Of a DNA stretch of 64,000 bases, positions 1 to 14,131 are shown one piece after another. The stretch comes from the human T2T-CHM13v2.0 reference genome, Homo sapiens, in the NCBI RefSeq assembly GCF_009914755.1, contig NC_060934.1; one strand, written 5' to 3'. Numbering within the stretch: position 1 is the first letter of the stretch; each line of letters starts with the position of its first letter. A program made the position numbers and the translations under genes. Below the pieces are notes generated by a model that was not told where the DNA came from, ran no database searches, and saw only the letters and a program-made list of their open reading frames with translations.

Positions 1-504
1 CGGTCCTCTCCTACTGTCAGGAGCTTCCCGTGCTCATTTTTCATTTACTGATGCACTAAAGGAGCTGTGCCCGGAACCAAAAAAAGCTGCATTAAATTCC
101 TCTGGAGTATATTTCTGTCAACATTGTATATCCCTAAAAAAAAGAACTTGGTCCTGTTTTTCAAAGCCTTCTTTCTCTCACAGGTTACAAAATGTTCACG
201 GAATGGCCAGAAATGACAGGCAAAGTGGATGTGTGGGGAAGTGCATATATGTTCTCATTCCAGATGGAGGGAGAATGATTATAAAATAAAGTAACAGGTT
301 TCTAGCATATCCACTTGGATTTATACACTCAATTAATTATGACCCCCTCAGTTAAGATAACTTTGGGATGCTCTACAAGATATTCAATAATGTGCAAAAT
401 GGTGAAATAACAGCTTTGGAAACATCTTGAAATTGTATTCAGGTCCCTTAGGACATCATTTTATACTATTTTTAACTTTATTTATAACTTTATTTTATCT
501 TCTG

Positions 505-615
505 TAGGAAGCTCTGTGAGAGTGAAGGCAGGAACTGTACCTTATTAGTCTAGAAACTCCCTTTGAGGACTAGAACAGTGACTTGTGCTTTATAGGAATT
601 TTTTTAAATATGTGG
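505..615 (+). mobile_element. L2 3' end fragment
   Basis: AAGCTCTGTGAG..GGCAGGAACTGT..CTAGAACAGTG resembles the L2 3' terminus. Confidence 0.5.
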
Positions 616-1124
616 GTTATTTTGCATTCACAAGAAAAATCTCTAACTTCTGAGTTAAATCTGACATTTTGTAACAATTAAAAAGCCCATTTGGAATTGA
701 ATCTGGTAAAGTACATTATCAATCTTTGTAATATTATCTAACGAAATAAATAGATCAATAAAAATTAATGACAAGAAATATGTATTGATTTGTATGTATG
801 ATATACATGAAATATGTATTGATGAGTATTGATGATTGAAATACTATGATCATGGGTATTAAAACAACGTGTAATACCCATTGCAAAGCAAATGAAAGAA
901 AACCTACCAAATGCTAATGTTAAGGTGCTTGGATTATGAATGAATTTTTGGTACATTTATAGTAGGAAAAAGTAAATTCACATTTAAAAAAATAACAAAT
1001 CAGATTTTCTTTTGCAATGAATACATAGTCTCTGCCTGAGGGAAATTATCAGTGAGAAGATCAAAAGTATTTTAAACAATGGAATCAATGTGACAATTGT
1101 GTTAATAAAATGAGTGAGAGAGCT

Positions 1125-1335
1125 GCTATTTACTGACAAATTACTATGTGCCAAGCATAGTGTTATGTACTGCATGCAAATGATCTCTAATCCACAAAAT
1201 ACCCTGCAAGGTAAATATTTTAATTTTAATTTCTATTTTATAGAAACTGAAGTGTCGCGAGAGTAAGTCATTTGCCTGAGGTCACACCTAGAGTATGGGA
1301 TTGGGTCTATGCCTTTTTGGCTCTGAAACCCTTGC
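1125..1335 (-). mobile_element. MIR SINE
   Basis: TACTATGTGCCAAGCA..ATAGAAACTGAAG..AAGTCATTTGCCTGAGGTCACAC is the reverse MIR core. Confidence 0.75.
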
Positions 1336-1814
1336 CCATTCAGTGACATCAGAAAGCCTCTTTCTGTGTCCATTTGGTTTTCCCATTGGCTGAAGGCAAA
1401 TGCCCTAACATGAGAGACCTTTTGCAAACTGACCTGTGTCTCTCAATCCTTTCCCACTTTCCCCAGCCAAACTGGCTGACTCACTCTCTCAATGCTCTTC
1501 ATAGACATTCCCATGGTATGCCCTCTTCCTCCCAGGGCCTGCAGGATTCTCCATCCTTTTATACCCACGTATAACCAATTCAAAATCTCCAAAGCCATCA
1601 AGATTCTTGGGCCTCTCCAGTCTGTGGAATCGTACCCACCTTTGAATTTTTATTGACTCTGCTCTATTCAACTGGCAGTGGCTTAATGGCAGCCCTTATA
1701 TTTTCTCATATCACAATTCAGTGTTTTATGCATGTATAGTTTTCTCTTTGCAATTGGAATTTTCTTTTCTTGAGGTCAGCATATATATTTCATTTATTTT
1801 CGTATTCACTGTGG

Positions 1815-2065
1815 CAGCACAAAAGGGGTAAGTGAACCGAACATGGAGTCCGTGAATCAGAGGCTCTACCACATCGGAATTATGTGGTCATGAACAAGTC
1901 ATATCGTTTCTTTACATTGTAGTTTCCTTATCTGTAAACTGTGGCTAATAATACTCAGTACTTCATAGATTTGTTGGGAATATTAAACAACATAATAGAT
2001 GTAAGGTATTTGTACATTTATAGGACACTGGAAGCATTGAATAAATATTATCATTAGTAGTAGTA
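1815..2065 (+). mobile_element. MIR SINE
   Basis: AGTTTCCTTATCTGTAAA..CTTCATAGATTTGTTGGGAATATTAAA..AATAAATATTATCATTA. Confidence 0.7.
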
Positions 2066-3278
2066 CTCATTAATAAACAGCACAGACAACTATATAATAA
2101 TAATAATAGAATGAGCAAAAAAAAGCACATACAGATCTTTTCAACATGCATAGGTATCTTTTTTCATTAAACATTTTGCATTTATTTGCTACATTTATAA
2201 CACTTATCACAGTGCTAAAATATTTTAAAAAGCACTTGATACACGTTTGCAGAATGCCTCTGAATAAATGTGGCCACTTTTAAATGATAACCAAAGTAAG
2301 AAAAAAAAAGAGAAAAAAGAAACAAAGACAAGAAAATGAGAACTTTCAAAATAATGTCATGAGTATTAAGGCATGGATAGAATATAAAAATTAAGCAGAC
2401 TTGTACAAATAAATCTTACGTCATGGGTGGAAGGATCTCGACTGTTGTGGTTTTTTCACACTGGCAGTTACTTGATTGTGGAGTGATTCACAAGGAAACA
2501 GGTAGCATTCATATTTGACTTTCTCGTTTGTGTATTAGAGATGGCCAGTGACTCATCTATGGATCAGAGTACATGTCTCTCTTGGAGAGATTATTGGTAA
2601 AATACGATGAATGTTTTCAAGCTAATTGGTGATCAAGATGCTCAATGCTGCAAACTCATGTCTCATGAACATTAGGAAAAATAAATGACCTTACCATGCT
2701 CCTCTCTCCTGTACGATAAGCAAAGCTCTGGCAGATGGCATTCAATTTTAGTCTTAAAATTTTAAAAAGTGACAACCAAAAGCAATTATTTTTTATTAAC
2801 AGCAAAGCAAAGCTGCGTAGCGTCACCAGGAGACAAGAAAATAACTTTGGCATTTCTAGGCCCTCGGCTTCCACCTGGAGTTGGGTCTGTGTGGGTTTGT
2901 TCTGCTTCAGGCCTGTGCCTCAGGTGTTACTCCTGTGACTGGCAGGAGGAAGGTGACAAGTTTAGGTTACCATAATGAGTAATGATGGTGATCAGTCAAC
3001 TGTCTTCCCTCTTCCTAAAAACAGTTGAGTACTTAAAATGCCAATCTGAATTGCAGGCAGTCGTCACCACCATAGACTTAGCAAGGAACCAGACCCACAG
3101 TGCCTTAACCCCAGGTGTGTTTATAGCAACATCAATGGTCATGAGCTGTTTCTCAGATGTTAAATTCTGACATTATTCAGAATTGGATGAGTAGAATGCC
3201 AATAACATAATTTACAATGCATTACACAATGTACACACTGCCTCAGGAAGACAAAGCTCACTTGAAGAGTATCCCCTA

Positions 3279-4843
3279 GGTCGTGGCCTTGCTCCTGCTC
3301 TGGGGGAAAAGAATCCAGGCCCCTCCACGCGAGTGTGGGCACGGGGGAACTGAAGTGCTTGTGGTTCTGTACTAGATCTCTGTGGGGGCAGGAACAGGAG
3401 CCACGGGTGGGACCTTGAGCACTCATCGGGTCACCTTCGAGGTGGACAAGAATGAGAACATCACCCATCACTGTGGTGAAGGGCATTGAGCTTTCAGAAA
3501 ATGTGATTGATTGAATGAAGGAATCCTCTCCATCTGGTTCAAAGTCTCAGTGGTATTCTGGTGCTTATGATGCCTTGGTTTCTGATGAAGAATTGAAAAG
3601 AAGAGTAGCTGAGGAGCTAACATTGGAACAAGCCAAGAAACAAACTGAAGATCAGAAACGACTAAAGCAAGCCACAGAGCTGGAGAGAGAGAGGGCTGCT
3701 GCCAATGGGCAGTTAACCAGAGCCATCCCTCGAGAGAGGGTATCAAGCCAAGAGGAAGGCACTAAGGCAATGCACCTTGCTAGGCGGCTGGAAGAGAAAG
3801 GCCGAGTGCTAAAGAAGCAGGTTGCATTCTGCAAAGTGGAGCTGGCTAGACTGGAGGAGAGGAGCTCAGAGTTCTACAAAGTCACCACTGAACAATATCA
3901 GAAAATTGCTGAAGAGGTGGAAGCACGGTTCAAGTGTATGAGTCTCATCCAGTCTATGCTGACCTCCAGGCCAAAATTCTTCAGTGTTACTACGAGAACA
4001 CCCACCAGACCTTCAAATGCTCCACTCTGGCCAGCCGGTATATGCACTACGTCAATCATGCCAAACAGAGCATGCTTGAGAAAAAAGTATCAACAACTTT
4101 TAGAACAAGCAAAACACCTTCAACGTTAATTTCAGAGAGGGAATATTTTTTTTCCTAGTAAGAAAATAACCCATTTAAAGAGACGAGCACTAATGAGAAG
4201 ACCACTCAAAAGAGACAGCGGACAATGGATCCAACAGAATCATACCACATTTCCATTGGCAGCAATTTGAAGGGCGGCCAAAACCTAGATCAGGATCAGT
4301 CATCAAAGGATGCTCTTCAGTATTAGTAAACCCCTCTTACGATGATTAAGAGAAGGGCAGCCCTCTCCACCTTTTGGTACTTTCTATTCAAATTCTACTG
4401 AACATAAAATGTTTATCTTCTAAGCAAGCCCCATCATTTGGTGAACCTCCACCCTAACAAAGTGTGATGGGGTGAGGTGGAGGTGTGGGGCTAAAGTAAT
4501 TGGAGTGTGGAGAGGAGAGCGCCAGAAAACATAGCTCTCAGGGCAGCAGTGCTGGGTGGAATTGTCTAGGCCGTGGCATGTTGGTTTTCTTGCTTTTTCT
4601 TTTTACCTTTGATTACATAAGAGTGATTTCATTTTAACTTTTGGTGATCATGCAAGCAAGGAAACAAAAAGGAGAGATGATGTACCTCTTTTACAGGACT
4701 AATATGTATGATTAGAAGTGAAATAAGGTATTTTTATCAATATAAAGGCAACCTTGGCTTATATAACGTCTATCGTGAATACTGACATCTTTACTTCACT
4801 CACTACCAATAATAAATATATTTTCTGACAAAAAAAATTTTAA
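3279..4843 (+). pseudogene. CHCHD3P1: Processed pseudogene of CHCHD3/MIC19 (MICOS subunit); probably CHCHD3P1 (paralog number from memory)
   Basis: Intronless match to CHCHD3: (M)GGTLSTHRVTFEVDKNENIT, then MKESSPSGSKSQ..SDEELKRRVAEEL..RLEERSSEFYKVTTEQYQ, then YESHPVYADLQAKILQC..NHAKQSMLEK. Lesions: start ATG>ACG (3403-3405), 7-bp duplication (3459-3472), TGA at 3512-3514, 1-bp frameshift near 3935. Has 5'UTR, 3'UTR, AATAAA (4811-4816), A-tail and a 14-bp TSD AAGAGTATCCCCTA (3265-3278) / AAAAGTAACCCCTA (4844-4857). Confidence 0.95.
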
Positions 4844-4974
4844 AAAAGTAACCCCTAAAGAGAACAATTGTGTTATCCCAATCAACAGGAGGCAAATGAT
4901 TTAATAAACAGTGCCAGCTGTCCCCCATTGGAACCCACTAAGTGCCAGATACCGCCTCTGACAGCTCATCTTCA

Positions 4975-5615
4975 CTTTTGTTAGAGTGATCTTCCTAAGC
5001 AGAGAATCTGAGGGTGATCATTTTCCTGCCTGATGCCATTCTTTGGGACATGAGTCTAGCCCATCCTGCCCATGTCTTTGGGACATGAGTCTAGCAGTCT
5101 AGCCCATCCTGGCACAGGAAATGCTCTTCTGGATCTGATGGCTTCCTACCTGTCCACTGTCTGGAGTCGAACTCTTCCTCCCTGCTCCTCACACTCTCAC
5201 TGCGCCTCTCTTCCCTGGTCAGACTGCCTGCTTGCAAATCTTTGGCATATGGTGTCTGGCTTGCCTCTCGGACTTGCTCTTGATGTCCTCTCCGTGTTGA
5301 CAAGCCACCCTCCCACCACACCCCCAGTCCCATCCCTCTTTCCAAATACCAGCTTCTTCTTTAGATGTCATCACCTCCACAACACCTGCCCTGAACATTT
5401 CTTCTCCCCAAGAACAATTCAGGTTTTGTTCTAAGATGTTTCTGCTCTTTAGTCACCACCACCTCCACCATCTCCAGGGCACTTACCACAGGGTAATAGA
5501 ATTGACTGCTTTCCTGTGAGTCTTCCCAGACAGACTTCATGTTACTTAAGGGCATGGTCTATGTGTCATTAGTGCTTGACATATAGAAAAATTCAATAAA
5601 TATTTGTCAATTAAA
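4975..5615 (+). mobile_element. L2 fragments including the 3' end
   Basis: AGAGTGATCTTCCTAA start, pyrimidine-rich body, terminal TGCTTGACATATAG..TCAATAAATATTTG. Confidence 0.55.
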
Positions 5616-6908
5616 TCTTCACAAGAACTTATTCAAGAGACATATTTTCATCCTCACTTTATGGCTTTATGGATGTAGGAACTTGAACATAGTAAGGCTG
5701 AAAAACATCTTCCAAGTTATGCAGTGAGTGGGTGGCAGAGATTAAATTAAACTAAGATTTATTTAAACGCAAAGCCCATTGGTTTTTAAGAAGCCACAGT
5801 TGGCTTCTATGTTTAGAGGCAGCTGAACACATACAAATTGGTTATGATAAAACAGTGTGATTATTCAGAGAACTGGTCTTAATTTTGTAAATAGAATCTA
5901 ATTGATTAAATGAATTAACAATGGTTATGTTTCAAGTTGACTAACAAAAGATTGTTAAGCTTAGATTGAATCTGACTGTGACATGCTACAAACGAAATTA
6001 TAGAATGTCAGTGAAGAGTCTCTATAGGAAAAGGTTTAGCATTCATCTTGTGATAATAGAGCATTTCTACTCAAAAGAAGGCTTATTCCTACCTCTAACT
6101 TGCTATTCTCTATTGAGCAATGAGTTGGATGGCTTCAAATTCTTCCAACTTGCAAACTGAAGCTTGGAGTTGGGTGATGGTGTGACGGATTGAGCAGGAA
6201 TTGAGGGCTGGGACTCTGAAGCGAGAAATTGAGGGTCGGATGTGGAGGTGAGGGACCTCTTACCAACAGAAGTCCTGAATGGCTATTCTTGGTCTAGCAT
6301 TCAATCTCCGGCTACCTCTTTATTCTGAGTGATACAAGAATTTGACCTCTTGTTTTCCCTTGACTTTGTTATGTCCTTTGCTTTCAATCTCTTTCTGATC
6401 CTTGGGAATTTGACTACAGCCTTAATAATAAACAGAACAGATTTTTTTAAAAAAAGATTCATTTCTACAACCCTGCCCGTTCCCTTTTTATTTTTCCACT
6501 TAGATTTAGTAGGTAAAAGATATATGGGGGAAAGATGGGTGGGTCTTTGGAAATATAAAAGATGAAAGTAAAATTCCTTTTATTTCAATGTCATCAAACC
6601 AGCTGTTTTGACAGTGGGGATGAGATAGAGCTCTGCCATGGGAACCTGGGAGCTGTAATGGAGTGAACCAGAGAGAAATATCTCACCAATTAGGAGTATT
6701 AAAGAAAAGATAAGAGTGTAGAGGAGGTGAAGAGCCCTCCAGAAACCATTCTGGGCTATCACTAGGGTGAAGAATAAGATAAGGGTGAGACCTACCAAAT
6801 AATAAAGGAGCTTTTAGTGGTGGGGAGGAAGGAGAATGAACAAGAGAGATGAATCCTATTCTATAGCAATGGGGAAATAAAGGGTGTTCCTATGGGGAAC
6901 TACTTACC

Positions 6909-7204
6909 TTTTTTTTTTTTCTTGAGATGAAGTCTCGCTCTGTTGCCCAGGCTGGAGTGCAGTGGTGTGATCTCAGCTCACTGCAACCTCTGCCCCCAGG
7001 TTCAAGCAATTCTCCTGCCTCAGCCTCCTGAGTAGCTGGGATTACAAATGCCTGCCAACATGCCTGGCTAATTTTTGTATTTTTAGTAGAGACAGAGTTT
7101 TACTGTGTTGGCCAGGCTGGTCTTGAACTCCTGAGCTCAGGTGATCTGCCCGCCTCAGCCTCCCAAAGTGCTGGGATTCCAGGCGTGAGCCACCACATCC
7201 GGCC
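6909..7204 (-). mobile_element. Alu (AluS, Sx-like), full length
   Basis: Poly-T, then GAGATGAAGTCTCGCTC..GTGAGCCACCACATCCGGCC. Confidence 0.95.
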
Positions 7205-7262
7205 TGGAGAGCTACCTTCTTATGATGGTGTTTCCTGGAGCCTTCCAAATGAGGGTACACAT

Positions 7263-7452
7263 TAATGGTTCTCATATTTTAGCACATTTCTTACCTGGGA
7301 AGTTGTTAAAATGAAGATTCCCAAACTTTACCCATAAAGTTTTTAATTCAGTTTTGGATAGGTCAATGGAGCCCAAGAATCTGAATTAAAAAAAAATACC
7401 CCTGATAATTTGAGTATAGGTGGCTAATGTTCCATAATTTGAAACACATTGG
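7263..7452. mobile_element. MER5-type hAT-Charlie MITE
   Basis: ATGGTTCTCA..TTGAAACACATTG termini with typical internal CCCAAGAATCTG. Confidence 0.6.
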
Positions 7453-8361
7453 CTATTCCTGTTTTTGAGATTCAGAGTAAGTAACTTTGTGGCCTAAAAT
7501 AGTCATATGACCTTATGTTTTTAATACATAAAGTTACAGTCTATTAATTAAACAATAGCATTTAATTTAAAATATATACTGCGAACAAAAGACCTATTTT
7601 TGTACATCTTAAGCAGATATCATTTATCTTATTGTTGAAAGTTCTATGGTAATGTTGTGCTTTTTCTCCAAATAATTGGCATTGTGACATTCCTCTATCT
7701 TCATTTTTTAATGGTTTAATATGATTTTTTTCTCCCTGGTTCTGCTTCCTATTTAATCTGCTACTGCCTGTTAAATCAGCTTCCCTTCACGGCAAAAACT
7801 GAGGCTGCTTTTGTTAGATTAAACATTCTTTTTTTATCTGACCCAGCTTTCAGCTTCATCTACTTAGTTATATCATTGGTTGGGTAACAGGAATTGCCAG
7901 GATGTCACCCAGTGGGAAAATCAATTCATGAAAGAAGGCCTGGTGCTGTGTGTTTGACTATAGAGCATCTCTTTTCTTTCTCCAAGCATATCTGTCTCAG
8001 CGCACCTGGGTATTCCTCCCGAGGGCTAAGAAGAAGTTTGAATTGCCCTGCTGTTAATTAACAACATCCCTTTCCCCTTATATTACAGGTGAACTTGATT
8101 CATTCTCTTGTATATATTCCTAAGAGAGAGACTCACTGTGAAAGGACACATCACTATAAAATAAAGAGAAGGCCAATGGTGAAGTGTTTGAAAGATAATT
8201 CATTGTTCTAGTTGGTTATTAAAATAAATGTGTCTCATGATAGAATCCAGCATCCAAGTAGGAGCTAAGGATGTTCTTGTTCCATGAATTTAGATGTTTC
8301 AAAGATACATGCCCCCGCCCCACTCCTGACATTTAATATCTCTTAGCCTTTGGATTGAACT

Positions 8362-8528
8362 CAATTGTTCTTAATCTGGGCCTTTTACAGAGGGTGCAGC
8401 AGATAGAGGCTTCATTGGGTTTATGGAATTTGTGTATGTGTCTACGTGCTTTTTTTGGAGGAGATCTTTCTCAGCTTGTATGAATTTCTCCATGGAGTGA
8501 ATGATACCAAAAAGATTAAGAACCACTG
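8362..8528. mobile_element. Degenerate hAT-Charlie MITE
   Basis: TIR-like ends CAATTGTTCTTAATCT and AGATTAAGAACCACTG. Confidence 0.45.
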
Positions 8529-9175
8529 AAGTAAAGGTCCAGCATGTTGGAATATAAAAAATTAATCCTGCTTTGCAGTAGTAGTATTTTTCCAGGGGAC
8601 TCAGAGTTAATTTCCACAGGAAGCTAAACTTAAAAGGGGAGGTTATTCCTTTTCAGGAGAAGTTATTTAGAAGGAACTACAAGATGACCCTCTGTCCTTC
8701 GAGCCTAGGGGACCATCTATCTGTGAGCTGCCTTCTGTGATCATCTACATGAACCAGTTGCAGGATATTGAGTTGGAGCTAACTCTCACACTCAATTTTA
8801 AAGTACAAACTTTTAACTGCATTGTGACTATTGATCACTGTTTAAGGATGGGGAAAGAGAAGGTGGATACTGAAAATATATAACACATGCAAATTTCCTC
8901 TACCTCTCTCTACACTGTAAAGCTTTCCAATAAAAGGATTATTTATTTTAAAAGTAATACTATAGCTACAAGTGCAGGCTAGTGGCTTGTTTGTAAAGAG
9001 ATCAAATATTAGAAAGATATTGAAGAGAAATGGGGAATCTTAACGATCCCTTAAACATTTTTCCTATTATTTACTAAGTCTGCTATGTCACTTTTAGTCA
9101 TCTTGCATACCACATAGAATTTTGATTATGCTAAAAATCAATATATATCATAATATAATATAATATTATAATTCA

Positions 9176-9482
9176 AGCCAGGCACAGTGGCTCACATCTG
9201 TAATCCCAGCACTTTGGAAGCCTGAGGCAAGTGGATCACCTCAGGTCAGCAGTTCAAGACCAGCTTGGGCAACATGGTGAAACCCCGTCTCTACCAAAAA
9301 TACAAAAATTAGCTGGGTATGGTGGCGGGTGCCTGTAATCCCAGCTACTCAGGAGGCTGAGGCATGAGAATCACTTGAACCCAGGAGGCAGAGGTTGCAG
9401 CGAGCTGACATCTCACCACTGCACTCCAGCCTGGGCAACAGAGTGAGACTCCATCTCGAAATAAATAAATAAATAAATAAAT
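9176..9482 (+). mobile_element. Alu (AluS) with (TAAA)n tail
   Basis: GCCAGGCACAGTGGCTCAC..GAGACTCCATCTC, then AAATAAATAAAT. Confidence 0.95.
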
Positions 9483-9635
9483 CAGTATTCTCATCTTTAA
9501 AATGATGACACTAATACTAACTTTTGTACAGGGTTGGTTATATGAGCATTTAATAAAATAATCCTAGCAAAATGTTTGGAACACAGCCTGGTCCATATAT
9601 GTTTGAAATATATTTGCTATTATTATTATTATTAT
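9483..9635 (+). mobile_element. MIR 3' half
   Basis: CTCATCTTTAAAATG..CAGGGTTG..ACAGCCTGG..GCTATTATTATT. Confidence 0.65.
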
Positions 9636-10219
9636 ATCTGCAGAGTAATTAATAGAGAAATGTAAAAATGGGATGCTTACATTAACATCTAGCTGTCAAT
9701 TTTTGTTTACTCTTCATTGGGTTGGACTTTTTAATACCTCATTGGGCTTTGGACAGGGTTCACTTTCAGCTGAATATAGATACACCAAGGTCATGTATTA
9801 TTATCATTTTTTTTGCGTTCTTGCTTTGTTTCTTACATATACTTTTCTTTCCTGATATCCCCAGGTTGATTCCATACTTTTCTGGATCCCCTTCTTCTGA
9901 TCCAAGAAACTTATCTCTCCTGTATTGAACTTCCTCAGGATTTTATGCCTTATAGCTAAGAAATATTTAAAAATTGTCATCATAGCTACTAAACATTTTG
10001 GGCTACAGTGTAAGCTATAGAAACATTAATGTCTGACACCATTTGCACTTAATTAGGGAATCCTTGGTAGTTGTTTATTGGAAGGATGGACCCTACTAAT
10101 AGAAATTTGGGGCAAAGGGAAGAAGATATTCTAAAGAGCAATAAAACTTTCAACCTAAGGACTTTGTAGAAATGCTATTCTGCTCACTCATGGGCATAAT
10201 GACCACACGTTACAGAGGC

Positions 10220-10470
10220 AGTTGAGGGCCAGCCTCAGGTTCCAGCCTGGATTTTGAATCTCAGCTCCTAGTTAAAAACTGGGTGGCCTTGAAAAAGTTA
10301 TTTAACCTCTTTGTGCCTACATTTTCTCATATGTAAAGGAAGAAGGAAAAAGAAAGAGTACCTACATCAGAGGGCTGTTGTAAGAATTAAAGCTAATATA
10401 ATGCAAAGCACCTAGAATAATAGTAAATGCCAGATGCATGTGCTTATGTAACTGTTTGCCATTATCATTT
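10220..10470 (+). mobile_element. MIR SINE
   Basis: GGCCTTGAAAAAGTTATTTAACCTCTTTGTGCCT..GTACCTACATCAGAGGGCTGTTG. Confidence 0.75.
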
Positions 10471-10639
10471 CTAGGGCAATCCCAATTTCATCTCTGTTTT
10501 CACTAATCAGAAACTAATCCTTTGTCATACCAAGTGTCTTGATTCTGAGCTCAGACTCATTAAGACATCTTTCTATATGAAAGTTGGTTTTTGTTTTCAA
10601 CTCTTGTATTAAGATGAAAAGGACCAAGTTCTGACATAA

Positions 10640-10981
<342 letters not shown>

Positions 10982-11542
10982 TAAAATTTCATTTAAATTT
11001 GATGTATTGCACTTATTGTTCAAGAAAGTATGAGTGCATTCTGATCACCTTTATACTACTAAAAAAAATGTGAGACCATACTTCCCCATTTAATCAGAAT
11101 AGACAACAGATAGATGTATTACCACTCAAGAAACTGACATTAGCAGAGTAGCTCATAGGTTATATATCTAAAGCAATACAAGTATAACTTGCAAGCAGAA
11201 CAAACCAAATTCCACTGCACCATTCTATTAGATTTCAATGCAGTACAGCCAATTTCTTTAACTCACAAGTTTCTCTTACAATTGATTTCTCCTATGCCTC
11301 CTTCCCTCGTCTTTCTTATATGTTTGGAATGATGAGTGAAGATAAATGACTTGCCTAACACTAACTCACACCAGATACAACAACCCACTTATATGAAAAT
11401 TGCACCACACCCCAAATTTATGTCTGATCACAACCACCCAAACACATCTAAGTTTTCTATTATCTCCTTACTTAGGAATAGGAATACAGAGTTTTTATTT
11501 TTTCTTGGAAGTGTCTATATTCATGACTTAATAAATTAGGCT

Positions 11543-11575
11543 TTTTTTCTTTCTTTCTTTCTTTCTTTCTTTTTT
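11543..11575. repeat. (TTTC)n simple repeat
   Basis: Seen directly. Confidence 0.85.
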
Positions 11576-12134
11576 AGCAGTGTGTAATTAACCTGTGGAA
11601 CCCACGATGATGAGATATCACTCTGGTTTGCAGCACAGCATGTTTCTAGAAGGGATTAAACATTTATATATGGAAAAAAAAGAGAGCATTTGTGGTTGCT
11701 CCACTTTGGGTAAAATTACAGGCCTATCAATCTGAATGCGGTAGAGCATGAAATCAGGAAGTATTTTTCCCTCCACAGAATATTGGATTGCACAGTTAGG
11801 TGTATTTTGGGAGTAACGTTTCTGAATGGGACGAAGGATGGAACGTGGAACATACTTAAGGAATCAACCTTCCAATGTGATTTCTGTGCTAGCTCATATC
11901 ATGGGTTTTCAATCTTTGCCCCTGGGCGCTGAGCTTGGTGAATCACACTCCACTCTTCCCCACTTCTCCTACGTGGCTGTCATTCAAGTTGTTGACATGC
12001 ATCTCTATGACAAAAGGGAGATACCCAGGTGGTGGTTGCAAGACAGCAGAGACTGGTTTCTGCCATTGTTTTTGTTTGTTTGCTTCAGAGGAGGAAAACA
12101 GATGAAATGAGTCATTTGATGGTTATCCTTTTAG

Positions 12135-12535
<401 letters not shown>

Positions 12536-12693
12536 TCTTTTTGGTTTGTTATTGCAGCTGCTAACTGGTTGATTTATGGCTGGGCATCTCTTTGTAATGA
12601 GAACTGTGGACAAATTAAATACATTACAAATCTTGCATAAGAAATGCTTTTGGTTGCTACTCCATAGAAGGCTGGCAAGAGAAGATCTATATT

Positions 12694-13515
12694 TGTGCTG
12701 TCCAGTGCAGTAGCTGCTAGCAACAAGTGACTATCGAGCATTTGAAATGTGGCTAGTCCGAATGAAATGTGTTGTAAGTCCGAATTACACACAAGATTTC
12801 ACAGACTTCAAATGAAAGATAACTCAATATGTTTTACATTTATTGCATGTTGAAATGACAATATTTTGGATATATTTTGTTAAATAAAATGTATTATTAA
12901 AACCAGTGTCACCTATTTTTTAAAATGTATTATTGTTTTAAATTTTACTTTAAGTTCTGGGATACATGTGCTGACCATGCAGGTTACATAGGTATACATG
13001 TGCTATGGTTTGCTGCACCTATCAACCTGTCATCTATGTTTTAAGCCCCACATGCATTAGGTATTTGTTCTAATGCTCACCTTCCCCTAGCCCCCTACCC
13101 TTCGACAGGCCCCAGTGTGTGATGTTCCCCTCCCTCCGTCCATGTGTTCTCATTGTTCAATTCCCACTTATGAGTGAGAACATGCAGTGTTTGGTTTTCT
13201 GTTCCTGTGTTAGTTGGCTGAGGATCATGGTTTCTAGCTTCATCTATGTCCCTGCAAAGGACATGAACTTATCCTTTTTTATGGCTGCATGGTATTCCCT
13301 GGTGTATTTGTGCCACATTTTATTTATCCAGTCTATCATTGATAGGCATTTGGGTTGGTTCCAAGTCTTTGGCATTGTAAATAGTTTTGTAATAAACATA
13401 TGCATGCATGTGTCTTAATAATAGGTGGTTTATTAAATGTGGCTATTAGAAAATTTAAAATTACACTTGGGGTTTGCACTTGCAGCTTGCATTAAGTTCC
13501 TATTGGATAGCACTG
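12694..13515 (-). mobile_element. MER33 (hAT-Charlie) split by an L1 insertion
   Basis: GTGCTGTCCAG..TTGAAATGTGGCTAGTCCGAA..TTGGATATATT (12694-12928) resumes as ATGTGGCTATTAGAAAATTTAAAATTAC..CTATTGGATAGCACTG (13435-13515). Confidence 0.8.
12929..13420 (-). mobile_element. L1PA (PA8-like) 3' fragment nested in MER33
   Basis: TTTTACTTTAAGTTCTGGGATACATGTG..TTTTAAGCCCCACATGCATTAGG..CCCACTTATGAGTGAGAACATG, flanked by a degenerate AAATGT duplication. Confidence 0.9.
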
Positions 13516-14131
13516 ACCAAAATCATCTGATTCAACAGCTCAAAGTTTCAAGTTAGCAATCATAGCTGGATCAAGTACCAAAACACCCTTTTCACCATAA
13601 TCACAAGTCAACATTATTTGTATTCTTGTCATTGGAAGGGAACAAAACAACTTACTCTAACGGACTTCTTTGGTGAAACTGCCTCCCATTTTCCCAATGT
13701 CAGTTGTTGAATATGTACCTAATTACAAAGACTTCTTTTTTTAAAGTTAAAGTTCTGGAGGCAGCATAGTTCTGTTTCTTGAAGATGTGAGTTCTACCTG
13801 ACATGATGCCATTTGCTCATGAGCAAGAGGATTGTTTGGAGGTAATGATGAAACAATGATGGATTCAGTGTGTGTGAAAGAAAGGGGGAGAGAGATAGAG
13901 AGAAAGGAGAGAGAACACAGGTGTTTCTGAGCAATTCTTGTAAATATTTCATAGATCAAAAATTAGGGGATTTCATACAGGTCTTGGTGCTAAAAGGGAT
14001 TTTTCAAAGTGACACAAAGAGGAATAATTAAGTATGCATTTGAAAGTTAGGATTTCAATAATCAGACAACTTAATTAGCTGGTCATCTACTACTTAGATT
14101 GCATTATTTTAAAATTATTAAAAAATATTTA

